This document shows, one piece after another, positions 10,957 through 20,839 of a DNA stretch of 64,000 bases. The notes below the pieces were generated by a model. The model was not told where the DNA came from and made no database searches. It saw nothing but the letters and a program-made list of their open reading frames with translations. The position numbers were made by a program, and so were the translations under genes. The stretch lies in the NCBI GenBank assembly GCA_037447435.1, contig JBBIGR010000001.1, positions 96,001 to 160,000 of the forward strand, written 5' to 3'. The stretch is from Fibrobacteria bacterium (GTDB taxonomy: Bacteria; Fibrobacterota; Chitinivibrionia; Chitinivibrionales; FEN-1185). How positions within the stretch are numbered: the first letter of the stretch is position 1; every line of letters begins with the position of its first letter.

Positions 10957-12063
10957 TTATTGTTTCAAACCGAATTGTTCCACTGTTTGCGGAATAGCTT
11001 CTTCCATATAACCAAGCATCGTTTTCCAGACACTTCGATACGAGTGGTTTTCCACAACCCACGACCTTCCCAACCGGCCGATTTTTTCCCTGTATTCGAT
11101 GTCGTCGATCAATTTTATCAAAGAATCGTAAAGCGTGTCTTTATTGACCAATACGAACGGGTGATCGGTTAAAAAACGAGCGTAGTCCTCGGTAAACTCG
11201 GTGAGGGTCGGCATATTCATTGCCAGGGTTTCAAGGGAATTTACGCCGTAACCTGTTCCCCCGAAATTTCCTATCTGTTCAATCGCAATGTGGGATCGGG
11301 ATTTTTCCTCTATGATTTTCTGATGGCTTTGACCGGTTAGAATGACACATTCAACATCGCGATCCTTCATGATCCGTTTCATAACTGGTTCTATAAGGTG
11401 AGTGCCTTTTGCTTCGGGATTGGAAGGAGTATGTATTATTCGAAGCTTCTTTCCTTGCAACGTACTTTCCGGCAGATGAGAACAGTCGAACGGTATGGGA
11501 AGATATCGAAGACCCTGATGCAGAGACAACAGATCGTACTCACTTGTTAAATTCAACGAACTCAGCCGGTCGACTTCCCGGATTATGCCGCGCGACCGTA
11601 TATCGGGTCCATGATAATGGCAGAGTATGGGTTTTCCCATTTCCGCCAATTTTTTGACCCATCGCGAATCTCTGAAAAAGTCTATGCCCCCGTGAAAATG
11701 ATAAATGTCAAAATCATACAAACCGTATGTTCGAGCGAGTCGGTTGAATTCGATACTCCGATAATTATCTCTGAACTTAAAGAACACGTTTTCCAGCGCA
11801 TTATGGGGCCGAAACGTCCATTCTTGTCCGGTTGCCGCGGCATGTATGAGGGATGTTTCCGCTTTTTTTGCCCGCTTGTACCTGATTTTATTAAGCCATG
11901 AGGGGTCGAACAGCTTTTTGCGCAGGCAAATGTCTTCCTCGATATTTCCGCGATGTTTATATAATGTCAAAAGCCGTCCGTGATGCCCCATTGCGTTGTA
12001 CACTTTACAAAAAGTAAACGGAACATTCACCGTATTAAAATAAGAAAAATGCAGACTATTCAT
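10957..12063 (-). CDS. Glycosyltransferase (GT4-like, GT-B fold)
   Basis: HTPSNPEAKG and YGVNSLETLAM (E-x7-E-like) motifs; co-oriented with two other GTs. Confidence 0.7.
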   Translation of the reverse strand: MNSLHFSYFNTVNVPFTFCKVYNAMGHHGRLLTLYKHRGNIEEDICLRKKLFDPSWLNKIRYKRAKKAETSLIHAAATGQEWTFRPHNALENVFFKFRDNYRSIEFNRLARTYGLYDFDIYHFHGGIDFFRDSRWVKKLAEMGKPILCHYHGPDIRSRGIIREVDRLSSLNLTSEYDLLSLHQGLRYLPIPFDCSHLPESTLQGKKLRIIHTPSNPEAKGTHLIEPVMKRIMKDRDVECVILTGQSHQKIIEEKSRSHIAIEQIGNFGGTGYGVNSLETLAMNMPTLTEFTEDYARFLTDHPFVLVNKDTLYDSLIKLIDDIEYREKIGRLGRSWVVENHSYRSVWKTMLGYMEEAIPQTVEQFGLKQ

Positions 12064-12093
12064 TGTAAGACTGTTCCGATACCGGCGGGGAAA

Positions 12094-13275
12094 TCATCCG
12101 CAAAGCGATTCTTTGATAAATTCCACATATTGTTTTTTTTCTTTTTCCCAACAGAACTGTTTCGCAGCTTTGGCGCAATTATTCTTAATTAGGCTTTGAT
12201 TCCCCAGTGTTTGTAAAAATGACGCAAGGGCTTTTTGAATACTTTCGATACTGGACGGCGATACCAACCAGCCGATATTCCATGTTCTGACTATACGGGA
12301 AATTTCGGGCCCATCGCTGGCAATGACCGGAATTCCCGCATGAATATAATCGAACAATTTGCTCGGAAGAGTGACCATCATGTTCACTCCCTTGTTTTCA
12401 TGTATGACATGACCCAAATCGGCGTCTTTTAAATAATGAACGAAATCTGCGCTCGGTATTTGATCCAGAAAATGGACTCGTTCTTCACAATCGAGCTCCC
12501 GGGCCAAAGCCGACATGGCCGGCTGCATTTCTCCGTTTCCAATACATGCGAAATGTAATTCCCTAAACGGCGACATTGCTTTGATAAAAGGCATGAGTCC
12601 GCGGTTTTCCATGAATTTCCCTTTGTAAACCGCAAGTGGTGCTTTGGGGTCGAGGTTCAGGGTTGTCCGTAAAATATTCTTGCTTTGGCAGGCATATTCC
12701 GAACTTTCGGGAACGTTCAAAATGGTAAATGTTTTGGAAATGCGATATTCCTGTTTTAAAAAAGATTCGGTTGTTTGACAGACAGCGGCAATGCTTTTTG
12801 CTCTCGCAAGACCTATTCTTTCGAGTAAATACCATATGGTCCGAATAGCCGGTTTCCCGACGATTTGTTCGATTCCTTGAAAATATTCCAAGGAAAAATA
12901 GGAATAACGGGACTTGTTGAAAAATGCCGCAATGCGCGAGGGGAATAAAGTCGGCGGATCGACTGCCAGATACAGTTTTGACCGTGTGCGGCACAACACG
13001 AAAAGGCATGCGAACATATATCGGGCAAAAAACCATTTTCCTTGTATCACGCTGCCCGGGATATATATCGGAAACACATCGATTCCGGGCCAACGGGGGT
13101 CTCCTTCGCCTTTTTTGTTTTCCCATGAGACAAGTGCAACTCGGAGGTTTTGTTCGGCAAGTGCAAGGGCCTGGCGGTGGAAAAACGGATAAAACCTCGC
13201 ATCGGCAAGGTGGACGATGCACACATCATATTGTTTGCGTTTGTTCGATGAAAAAACACCCATATTGTACTTCAT
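12094..13275 (-). CDS. Glycosyltransferase family 4
   Basis: LPSKLFDYIHAGIPVIASD and terminal FCWE motifs. Confidence 0.85.
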   Translation of the reverse strand: MKYNMGVFSSNKRKQYDVCIVHLADARFYPFFHRQALALAEQNLRVALVSWENKKGEGDPRWPGIDVFPIYIPGSVIQGKWFFARYMFACLFVLCRTRSKLYLAVDPPTLFPSRIAAFFNKSRYSYFSLEYFQGIEQIVGKPAIRTIWYLLERIGLARAKSIAAVCQTTESFLKQEYRISKTFTILNVPESSEYACQSKNILRTTLNLDPKAPLAVYKGKFMENRGLMPFIKAMSPFRELHFACIGNGEMQPAMSALARELDCEERVHFLDQIPSADFVHYLKDADLGHVIHENKGVNMMVTLPSKLFDYIHAGIPVIASDGPEISRIVRTWNIGWLVSPSSIESIQKALASFLQTLGNQSLIKNNCAKAAKQFCWEKEKKQYVEFIKESLCG

Positions 13276-14471
13276 TGCCTAAGGGAATTATATACCTTTT
13301 CAACTGCCATTAAATGGCCGGATATCGAAAAAACTTTTTTGACATGTTCCGATGCAGCGGTACCCATTTTTTTCCTGAGTTCGGCATCTTCGGCAAGACG
13401 AAGGACACTTTTAGCAACGAGATCGACGGCAAATTGCTTAATTAGAAAACCGTCCACTGTATCTCTAAAACATTCCCGGACTCCGCCGCTATCGAATGCC
13501 ACCACGGGCAAACCCATGGCCATTGCTTCCAGAATCACTCCGCCCAAACCTTCCTGACATCGTGGCAAATGTACGAATATGTCCGCATCGGATAAAATCT
13601 CCGGGATTTTTTCGTGGGGAAGCAATCCAAGTATTTTTAGTGATCGCAACACACCGCTTTTTTCCGCACTCTCAAGGACCTTATCATAATATTGTTCATG
13701 GCCCTTTTCTTTTCCCCCAATAATTATACATTCGAATGTGCCGGGAGAGGCGACTTCAAGTAATTCGGCCATTTTGACAAAATATTCATGGCCTTTTGCC
13801 TCTACGAATTTTGCTATTGCAATTACTTTAATTTTATTATGGGCCGACGCAAAATACTTAGCAGGGTTAAACAAGGAATAATCGGGCCCCGGGTCCAAAA
13901 CAATCACGGCCTTTTTATCGGATAACTTACTAAAACATTTTACAGCTTTCGAAATGCAAATCACCTTATCGGTCAACATATTCATCGCTGCGGCAAAAAC
14001 CGTTCTTCGTGCCGGATTGTCGAGACACATTCTTAAATGCGCCACGACCCTGGCCCCTCCTAATTTTGCTGCCGGATAAAACGGGGCATCTATCAAATCG
14101 GAAAAATGAACAACGGCAATTTTGTTTTTTGCAATATACCGGCGGATTTGAATCGAGACGATAATCCACCCAATGATGAATTCTAAAAACTCTTTGAAAA
14201 ACCTGATTGATCGGAGCCGTTTTAAGGGAATTATTTGACAGCGGATATTTTCCCTGATCAACCTCTCGGAAAACTCTCCTTGGCCGGAAACAATTACATG
14301 AACTTCGTATGCGGGGTTTTTTGCAAAACCAGAAATAAGCGCGTACGTGCAAATAGGCATACCGGTGTCAAATGATTCAACGGATGAAAAAAAACACAAT
14401 TTCACCGGCAAAGAACTATCGTTTTCACTTGTTTTCGTAATCGCACAAGCTCCTTTTCTCGGTTGCTTCAA
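13272..14471 (-). CDS. Glycosyltransferase family 4 (start uncertain)
   Basis: KGHE and EGLGGVILEAMAMGLPVV motifs; 4-bp overlap with downstream GT. Confidence 0.88.
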   Translation of the reverse strand: MKQPRKGACAITKTSENDSSLPVKLCFFSSVESFDTGMPICTYALISGFAKNPAYEVHVIVSGQGEFSERLIRENIRCQIIPLKRLRSIRFFKEFLEFIIGWIIVSIQIRRYIAKNKIAVVHFSDLIDAPFYPAAKLGGARVVAHLRMCLDNPARRTVFAAAMNMLTDKVICISKAVKCFSKLSDKKAVIVLDPGPDYSLFNPAKYFASAHNKIKVIAIAKFVEAKGHEYFVKMAELLEVASPGTFECIIIGGKEKGHEQYYDKVLESAEKSGVLRSLKILGLLPHEKIPEILSDADIFVHLPRCQEGLGGVILEAMAMGLPVVAFDSGGVRECFRDTVDGFLIKQFAVDLVAKSVLRLAEDAELRKKMGTAASEHVKKVFSISGHLMAVEKVYNSLRQ

Positions 14472-14523
14472 TTAAAATAGTTTTTCTACCGGCAGAAGAC
14501 TTCTTCAAACATTATGAGAGAAA

Positions 14524-14557
14524 AAAAAAGCCGAAGAGAATACTCTTCGGCTTTTTT
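14524..14557. terminator. Intrinsic terminator (bidirectional-type)
   Basis: AAAAAAGCCGAAGAG-AATA-CTCTTCGGCTTTTTT perfect hairpin with A/T tails just downstream of the 14579..15574 gene. Confidence 0.85.
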
Positions 14558-14578
14558 AGGATCAATTGGCTAATTATC

Positions 14579-15574
14579 TCAACGTCCAAACGATATGGGT
14601 TGTCCGTCGTTTTCGGGCAAGGATTTCTCCTGCGCCGATTGGGCTGCTTCAGCGGCTTTGACTTCGTTTTCTGGTGAGGATGCCACCTGACCAACGACTT
14701 GCTGAGGCTGCTTTTGTGTGCTCTCTTCCGCGTTTTTCGCAGCTTGTTCTTCAGGAGTGAGAATTCTCCGTCGAACCAAAACCTTGCGACCGTGAAAAAC
14801 TTCGGTATTGTCCGGGACAACCACTACGGGTTCTTTTTCAACAGGAGGCTGTACCGGCGCTGCCGGTTGCGCGACTGGCGCTGCGGCAGCAGGTGCTACG
14901 ACTGGCACTTCGAAAACAGGCGTTGCGACCACCGGCATTACCGGAGTCTCGATGATTGCCTCAATCGGCTTTACCTGTTCAATCGGCGCTTTCTCCTGGT
15001 CAAAAGATCTGGGTGTTTGTTGATTCTGATTGTTTTGATTGTTCTGATTGTTCTGATTATTGCGATAATTGTTGGGTCTGTTGCCACCACGATCCCTTCT
15101 CCTGAAATCGTCGTCTCTTCCCCTGCCACCCTGGCGATTGGGATTATTGTCGGGTCTTCTTTGATTTTGTTGGCCCGATGGGCTGTTTTGATTATCGTCT
15201 TTCAATTTCTTACGAGCATTCTCCTGATCACGTTCTGCATTTTTAAGCCGCAGATTTATGTCCCTGAGGGATTTTTCTACATAATCAACAGCTTGGGGTT
15301 GTGCCGGAGCGGGCGACTTGGGCCGTTGTTCTTGGCCAGGCCTCCGATTGAAACGGTTGTCGTCTCTTTTTTTCCGAAAATCCCGCTGATCCTGCATCGG
15401 TTGCGGGGCCGGCGTTGGCGCAGCCTGGGGCAATACCGTGCTTTTTTTGTTCTTTACAATGAGAACAATGGATATCAGTTGCAAAATAATAATGATGGAT
15501 GACGCTGTAAGTACTATTGATGCTACGTCCATAATAACGAAACTCCATAAAGGTTTAATGATACTTTCATGCAT
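14579..15574 (-). CDS. Hypothetical membrane-anchored low-complexity protein
   Basis: N-terminal TM helix, short coiled coil, R/D/G/N/Q-rich then P/A/V/E-rich disordered tail; followed by a terminator. Confidence 0.7.
   Translation of the reverse strand: MHESIIKPLWSFVIMDVASIVLTASSIIIILQLISIVLIVKNKKSTVLPQAAPTPAPQPMQDQRDFRKKRDDNRFNRRPGQEQRPKSPAPAQPQAVDYVEKSLRDINLRLKNAERDQENARKKLKDDNQNSPSGQQNQRRPDNNPNRQGGRGRDDDFRRRDRGGNRPNNYRNNQNNQNNQNNQNQQTPRSFDQEKAPIEQVKPIEAIIETPVMPVVATPVFEVPVVAPAAAAPVAQPAAPVQPPVEKEPVVVVPDNTEVFHGRKVLVRRRILTPEEQAAKNAEESTQKQPQQVVGQVASSPENEVKAAEAAQSAQEKSLPENDGQPISFGR
15026..15061. repeat. 9-bp tandem repeat (x4) encoding NNQ
   Basis: ctgattgtt ttgattgtt ctgattgtt ctgattatt within the low-complexity CDS. 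Confidence 0.8.
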
Positions 15575-15779
15575 GCCTTGTATTCTCTTTGCTGCTTATT
15601 CGAACCGCTTTTTGTGTGTGTATACAAAAAGCGATGCATGCACTTTTCCAGAAACATGCCTTATTCAGACGGTTTCCACGGGCTTTGCCCGGGGAAAAAT
15701 AAAAATTGTCCGGCATTTCCGTTAACGCCGTATTAATTACCGATGTCAAAGAGCAAACCGATATTCCGCAAAAGGAATT

Positions 15780-15962
15780 TCACGATTTTGAAGATGCAGG
15801 TTTTTCCGGGGCCTCGTCCGTCTTTACTTCATTACTCTGCTTAAGCAATGCGAAAAGCTCGTCGGTCTTTTTAGTGATCATGTACATTTTACTCCACAGG
15901 AAAATGAGCACGAGCAGGAAAAAGAAGAAATTGATTACCCAGAAAATTCTAACAATATCCAT
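15780..15962 (-). CDS. Small hypothetical membrane protein (~60 aa)
   Basis: ATG at 15962 gives MDIVRIFWVINFFFFLLVLIFLW single TM plus charged tail. Confidence 0.5.
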   Translation of the reverse strand: MDIVRIFWVINFFFFLLVLIFLWSKMYMITKKTDELFALLKQSNEVKTDEAPEKPASSKS

Positions 15963-16077
15963 AAACGTAGAGAAGGTGCAAAAATGCCTTCGGGGATTAA
16001 GGGTGTATATGCAAGATACGTTCTGACGGGGAATCAAAGCAAATTTAATAATTTTGTCCAATTACCGCAGGAACGGT

Positions 16078-17235
16078 TTATATAATAAAAGAAAAACCGT
16101 TTGACCAGACAACCATTAGAAAGCCTTGCAACAAGCATGATCCCATTAGAATTGCCGTGTCCGCAAGCGACCCCTGTTTAAATTCCGCGCACGCTATGAA
16201 TAGCGGGAATATAGCAGCCATATACCTCATGATTCCGGGAATCACCATGGATCCTGCCGTAAGGGGCAAAATCAGAAACGAGAGTCCGAGAATGCCGTAG
16301 ACCAAGCCGACACGTTTCCATTGGACCAAAAGAAGAATGCAGCCGGTAAATGCGGCAAGGCCGTTGCCAAGCACTATGTAATTCCTCGACAAAAGGCAAT
16401 GCGCAAGAAGCGACAGCGGATTGCTCCATGCGCTTCCCCATCCCGCTTGCTTGATATGAGAATAATACGACCAGTCACCGGTTACCATATAGGAGAAAAG
16501 TGCGAACACTCCGTATCCTATCGGAATACCGGCGCAACACAGTATGGACATTTTTATTTTTTTACTATCGTACTGTTTGCATGCAAAATACGCCAGGCAT
16601 ACCGCAGGAACTGCAAATACCGCCGTCGGTCTGGATAAACCCAGACATATGCCGCAAATGAATGAGAATAAAAAGAATTCCTTTTTTATGCCGTAAAACA
16701 GGAGGATCGACAAAAGTAGAAACAGGGATTCGGCAAAGACTCCCGAGAGAATAAACGAAGTAGGGAATGCGAACAAAAACAAAACCGCACGACGTGCCGT
16801 TTTGGAATCGCGGTCGATTAATACTAATTTATAAAGAAACCAGGCGGCAAGCAGCGCGCAGAGGTTCGACACGATGATGCCGCATACCAGCAAATGCCCC
16901 CCGACGATTTTTCCAATTCCCCCTATAATCAATGGATATAACGGAAAAAACCCGAAATTGCTTTGATGCGGATCTATTGCCTTTGGAAGATCGGACAGAA
17001 CGGAAAGCGTGTACCCGTTTTTTGCAATATCAAGATACCAACCCGAATCCCAAATCGCCCATATCGACAGCCACGCATGCTTTGAATAATGCCAGGGAAA
17101 ATCCCTTCCTGCAAACCCCTCAAGCAAGCCTTGGGACACGACGCCGATGATAGTCAGAATTATCCGGCTTGTTAAAAAGCAGACTAGGATCAGCACGACA
17201 GGCGAAGATAGTATTGCTTTTTTTACAACTCTCAT
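16078..17235 (-). CDS. PIG-V-like mannosyltransferase (GT-C)
   Basis: WDSGWYLDIAKNGY, FFPLYP, FAESLF motifs; multi-TM; start moved to ATG 17235 to avoid overlap with upstream gene. Confidence 0.8.
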   Translation of the reverse strand: MRVVKKAILSSPVVLILVCFLTSRIILTIIGVVSQGLLEGFAGRDFPWHYSKHAWLSIWAIWDSGWYLDIAKNGYTLSVLSDLPKAIDPHQSNFGFFPLYPLIIGGIGKIVGGHLLVCGIIVSNLCALLAAWFLYKLVLIDRDSKTARRAVLFLFAFPTSFILSGVFAESLFLLLSILLFYGIKKEFFLFSFICGICLGLSRPTAVFAVPAVCLAYFACKQYDSKKIKMSILCCAGIPIGYGVFALFSYMVTGDWSYYSHIKQAGWGSAWSNPLSLLAHCLLSRNYIVLGNGLAAFTGCILLLVQWKRVGLVYGILGLSFLILPLTAGSMVIPGIMRYMAAIFPLFIACAEFKQGSLADTAILMGSCLLQGFLMVVWSNGFSFII

Positions 17236-17248
17236 TGGACGACATCCG

Positions 17249-18490
17249 CTACTTGACAAGAAGTAGTAAGGAATAGGGGAATAAAGCGCAAATACTTGCC
17301 GCAATCGGAGCCGCATATTCCATTGCATACTTTTTGAATATCGCCGCTAATGGAACACAAAAAAATACAGAAATTCCCGCTAAAGCCGGTAATAGAAACC
17401 GCCCATCGGAATTTGTCCAGTAAAGATTATACTTTAAATAGGCAATAACCGTCGACAAAAGCACGGTCCCCAGTATTATTTCGGCCCGATGAATTTTTTT
17501 TCCCTGAATATAATAGTACAGGAACAAGATTATTCCTGCAAGGGTGTACAACGTTTCCAGATGGTAAATCGCGCCCGTAAAATGCGATGGATGAACATGC
17601 TGCATAGGAAACCAAAAAGAATACAAACCCGTATTCAAAAACACGAAAAAAAGTTTCGGCTGCAAGAGGAAAAATTGATGGGAACCATTGCCGATTTCTT
17701 CCGCAAAAAGCGACCCATACAAATGGACATTTCGTATATACCAAAATCCTGCGATGCAAAAACTGATGCCGGCTAAAATTGCAAAAGCCGGTAGCCAGGT
17801 GCGGTTCCTTGTTTCGTGATATCGAATCCAAAAAAATAAAACGACCGCCGGCGCAAAGACCACGATGGAAGCCTTGACAAGCATGCCGATGCCCAGAAGT
17901 ATGCCCAGGACCACACTCATTGGTATAGGTTGCCATGGTTTTGACGCGGCTGAAAATTGCTTTACAAGAACAAGTATGCACAATGCAGAGAAAAGCCAGC
18001 ACAACGAGTCGTTGGACACAACCGAAGAGAAATACGCATGCGTGGGAAGCAACGCGGTAAAACAGGTGGCGGCTTGTCGAGCTGCCCCGACAACCGAAAG
18101 CGCAGTACAAATTTTATAGACGATTGCAATCGTGAGAACGCCGAAAACAAAAGACAATAACCGGCACGCTAAAATCCTGCTCTCTTTTCCAACGACGACA
18201 CTCAACGCGGCACCGGCGACGTAGTATAACGGCGCTTGATAATATTCGAATTCATTGCGAAAGAAGGAATCCGCTTCGCGCGCACTATGGTGTTGAATTG
18301 GAAAATGTTTTTGGCTTGCGAGAAAATCGACATACTTAAGATGGGCGGGTTCGTCGTTCAGCCCTTCGAGGCGGTGCGAAACGGTTTGTCCGACGGGCAG
18401 CATGACGACAAACCACAGTCTGATTCCGATGGCAATTGCGATAAGGGAACAAAACAAAATACGCTGTCTCATTGCAGTCCTTATTTCCAC
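17249..18490 (-). CDS. GT-C glycosyltransferase (GT39/ArnT/PMT-like)
   Basis: NDEPAH, YQAPLYY, SND, WYIRN, GRFLLP motifs; multi-TM. Confidence 0.75.
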   Translation of the reverse strand: MEIRTAMRQRILFCSLIAIAIGIRLWFVVMLPVGQTVSHRLEGLNDEPAHLKYVDFLASQKHFPIQHHSAREADSFFRNEFEYYQAPLYYVAGAALSVVVGKESRILACRLLSFVFGVLTIAIVYKICTALSVVGAARQAATCFTALLPTHAYFSSVVSNDSLCWLFSALCILVLVKQFSAASKPWQPIPMSVVLGILLGIGMLVKASIVVFAPAVVLFFWIRYHETRNRTWLPAFAILAGISFCIAGFWYIRNVHLYGSLFAEEIGNGSHQFFLLQPKLFFVFLNTGLYSFWFPMQHVHPSHFTGAIYHLETLYTLAGIILFLYYYIQGKKIHRAEIILGTVLLSTVIAYLKYNLYWTNSDGRFLLPALAGISVFFCVPLAAIFKKYAMEYAAPIAASICALFPYSLLLLVK

Positions 18491-18504
18491 AACGGTTTTA
18501 AGAC

Positions 18505-20763
18505 CTACCAGGGTACATTAATAACGGGCCGGACAATTTGGGAGCCATTTCCCAATCGGATTCGTAGAAAAAAGCTTCCGGTTTTTACATTCATCGGCAA
18601 CGTCGTGCTTCTGTTGTTTGTAATCATGCCGGCCCATAATTGCTTTCCGGCAATGTCGTATATGCCGGCCGTTGCTTGAGTTTGCACGCCGTTTCTTTGC
18701 TTCCAACAAACCTTTAGCCTGTTCTTTTTCAAAACGATTGCAATATCCGGCAGGAGGTCTGGATTTAAGAGGCGTGGATTCGAAGCTTTGGTCACCACGC
18801 CGAGAGAAGCGAGCGCCCCTTCGGCATTGACCTTTCCCGCTCCCCACCGAATATCAAGATTTGTAAACCGATCTTTTATAGCGCTTTTCTGAAGTGCCTG
18901 AAGAACCGTGGCTGGCGTCAACTTCGAGTCGTATTCCAACATACCCGCAATAATACCGGCGACAATGGGAGAAGAAATCGAGGTTCCGCCGAGAAACGCG
19001 TAGCGGCCGATCATGCTCGGCGGATTGGGCCAGACTGCGGTGCGACCGCCTTTGTCGACGATAAATCGCGTCATTGCACCGGTGACTTCGCGACCGGGCG
19101 CAGATATGTCGGGTTTTATTCGCCCGTCGGCAGTCGGCCCGAGGCTGGTATACGAAAGATAATCATATAATGTCGTATCTCCCGCACCGAATACGGTGCC
19201 GTCGTAACGCAGCGGCGAAACTTTGCTGTTATACCCGCCCACGGAAATAATGCTTTTCGCGGTTCCGCCGACTTCGTTAATCGTCATTAAGGAATCTCCG
19301 TCGATAAACCCCGCGATTCCCAAACTGTTGCAATTCAATTTCTCGGCATTCCAGCCGTTGATTGTCGTTGCCAGAGCGGAATACACTTTGACACCCAGAA
19401 CAAGCGACGCATTGCTTGAATACAGGGCGAGTTCCATATGCGGCTTCCGGTTTGCGGCATTGCTTTTTTCGACAATCGCCTGAAATATCAACGTATCGGG
19501 GCCGGATACGGAATCGGGCCACCGTAACGTGTCGATGAGATATTGATAGACCCTATCGGCAGTCGAAAGCGCATTCCCGCTTTTTTTGTAGGACATATTT
19601 CTCTTGTCAATGATATATACGGTATCGCTGAACGGTTTCCCGCTTTCCCCCCAGATGTCGATAACGCTGAAACCGGTTGTTTGCGTTGCGGAAACTTGGG
19701 ATTGCCCAGCCTCGACCCATGTGCCTTTCGATTCTTTTGCATTAAGGGAAAATCCCACATGCTCCTTCAAACTGCCGTCGTTGCCTGCGGCGCCGACAAT
19801 GATATGGCCTGTTCCCGCCAGCGAATCGATCGTTTTGTCCATAAGCGAAGTACCGTCATGAGGGCCGGAAGCGAGCCCGATGCTCATATTGACAACGCAG
19901 GGTTTTTTCAAGGAATCGGCAATGGAAAAGACCCATGAAAGCCCGTTCATGAAATCGGCAGAAGAATTCCCGTATTTTACCGCAACGATTTGCGAATTTG
20001 ATGCTGCGCCGGCATATTGCGGAAAATTTTTATCGTATCCTGCCCCGCAACTTGCCATATGCGTACCATGATATTCGTTGCTGTCGGACCCGAAAAGCGT
20101 GTCTTTGTCAACATCAATTCCTTTTTTTATTCTTCCATAACCGAATCTGTTAGGTTGAGCATTGGATTTATCGGTTTGGTCCCAAAGAGCAATGAATCGG
20201 GTATGGCCGAGGCTATCGAGAAAAGCAGGCTGATGGGTATCGAATTCATTATCCAGGATGCCGAATATAACGCCTTTTCCCGAAAAGTTCCTCGTAAGCG
20301 ACGACGGAACCGAACCCTGCATTTCGTTGATATGGGTTTCGCGGCGTGCCGAATCCATACACGGATGAAAATCTTTGCCGTATTCCACAGAAAGAAGTCC
20401 CGGTATTGCCCGCAAAAACGGCACACTGGACATTTCTCCTTCCAAAATGACTATACTTTTAATACTGTTTACTATTCGCCAACCTGTTCCTTGTAAAGAG
20501 GTTGTGGAAAACTCGGAATCGACCAGTGCTGCGACACGTACAAGATTTTTTACCTGAGAGGGCATATGCGCCGCTTTTTGCAAGTTTTCCAAAGACACGG
20601 CAACCGGTTTTTTTCCGAGCATAAAATTGCCATTGAATTTTCCCAGTTCTTTCGCGCTTACCGGTGAAATTCTTAGGCAGCATATAATTACTAAGAATAT
20701 TGCGGCTCGAGATATTAAAAAATTACGTCTAAAGACGGTATGGCTTGTTGCATTAAAACTCAT
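18505..20763 (-). CDS. Subtilisin-family (S8) serine peptidase with T9SS-like C-terminal domain
   Basis: Catalytic D (ILDNEFD), H (HGTH), oxyanion N (AAGN), S (GTSISSP); KPDISAPG; C-terminal IYDIAGK. Confidence 0.9.
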   Translation of the reverse strand: MSFNATSHTVFRRNFLISRAAIFLVIICCLRISPVSAKELGKFNGNFMLGKKPVAVSLENLQKAAHMPSQVKNLVRVAALVDSEFSTTSLQGTGWRIVNSIKSIVILEGEMSSVPFLRAIPGLLSVEYGKDFHPCMDSARRETHINEMQGSVPSSLTRNFSGKGVIFGILDNEFDTHQPAFLDSLGHTRFIALWDQTDKSNAQPNRFGYGRIKKGIDVDKDTLFGSDSNEYHGTHMASCGAGYDKNFPQYAGAASNSQIVAVKYGNSSADFMNGLSWVFSIADSLKKPCVVNMSIGLASGPHDGTSLMDKTIDSLAGTGHIIVGAAGNDGSLKEHVGFSLNAKESKGTWVEAGQSQVSATQTTGFSVIDIWGESGKPFSDTVYIIDKRNMSYKKSGNALSTADRVYQYLIDTLRWPDSVSGPDTLIFQAIVEKSNAANRKPHMELALYSSNASLVLGVKVYSALATTINGWNAEKLNCNSLGIAGFIDGDSLMTINEVGGTAKSIISVGGYNSKVSPLRYDGTVFGAGDTTLYDYLSYTSLGPTADGRIKPDISAPGREVTGAMTRFIVDKGGRTAVWPNPPSMIGRYAFLGGTSISSPIVAGIIAGMLEYDSKLTPATVLQALQKSAIKDRFTNLDIRWGAGKVNAEGALASLGVVTKASNPRLLNPDLLPDIAIVLKKNRLKVCWKQRNGVQTQATAGIYDIAGKQLWAGMITNNRSTTLPMNVKTGSFFLRIRLGNGSQIVRPVINVPW

Positions 20764-20839
20764 GCATCCTCCTCAGGGTTGCCTTTATTACTATAATTAT
20801 ACTCCATGATTTGAATCAAAAAGTATCTTTCTTCAAATC

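Noticed and set aside
14699..15502. 267-aa plus-strand ORF
   Set aside because: Antisense shadow of the low-complexity gene; no motif
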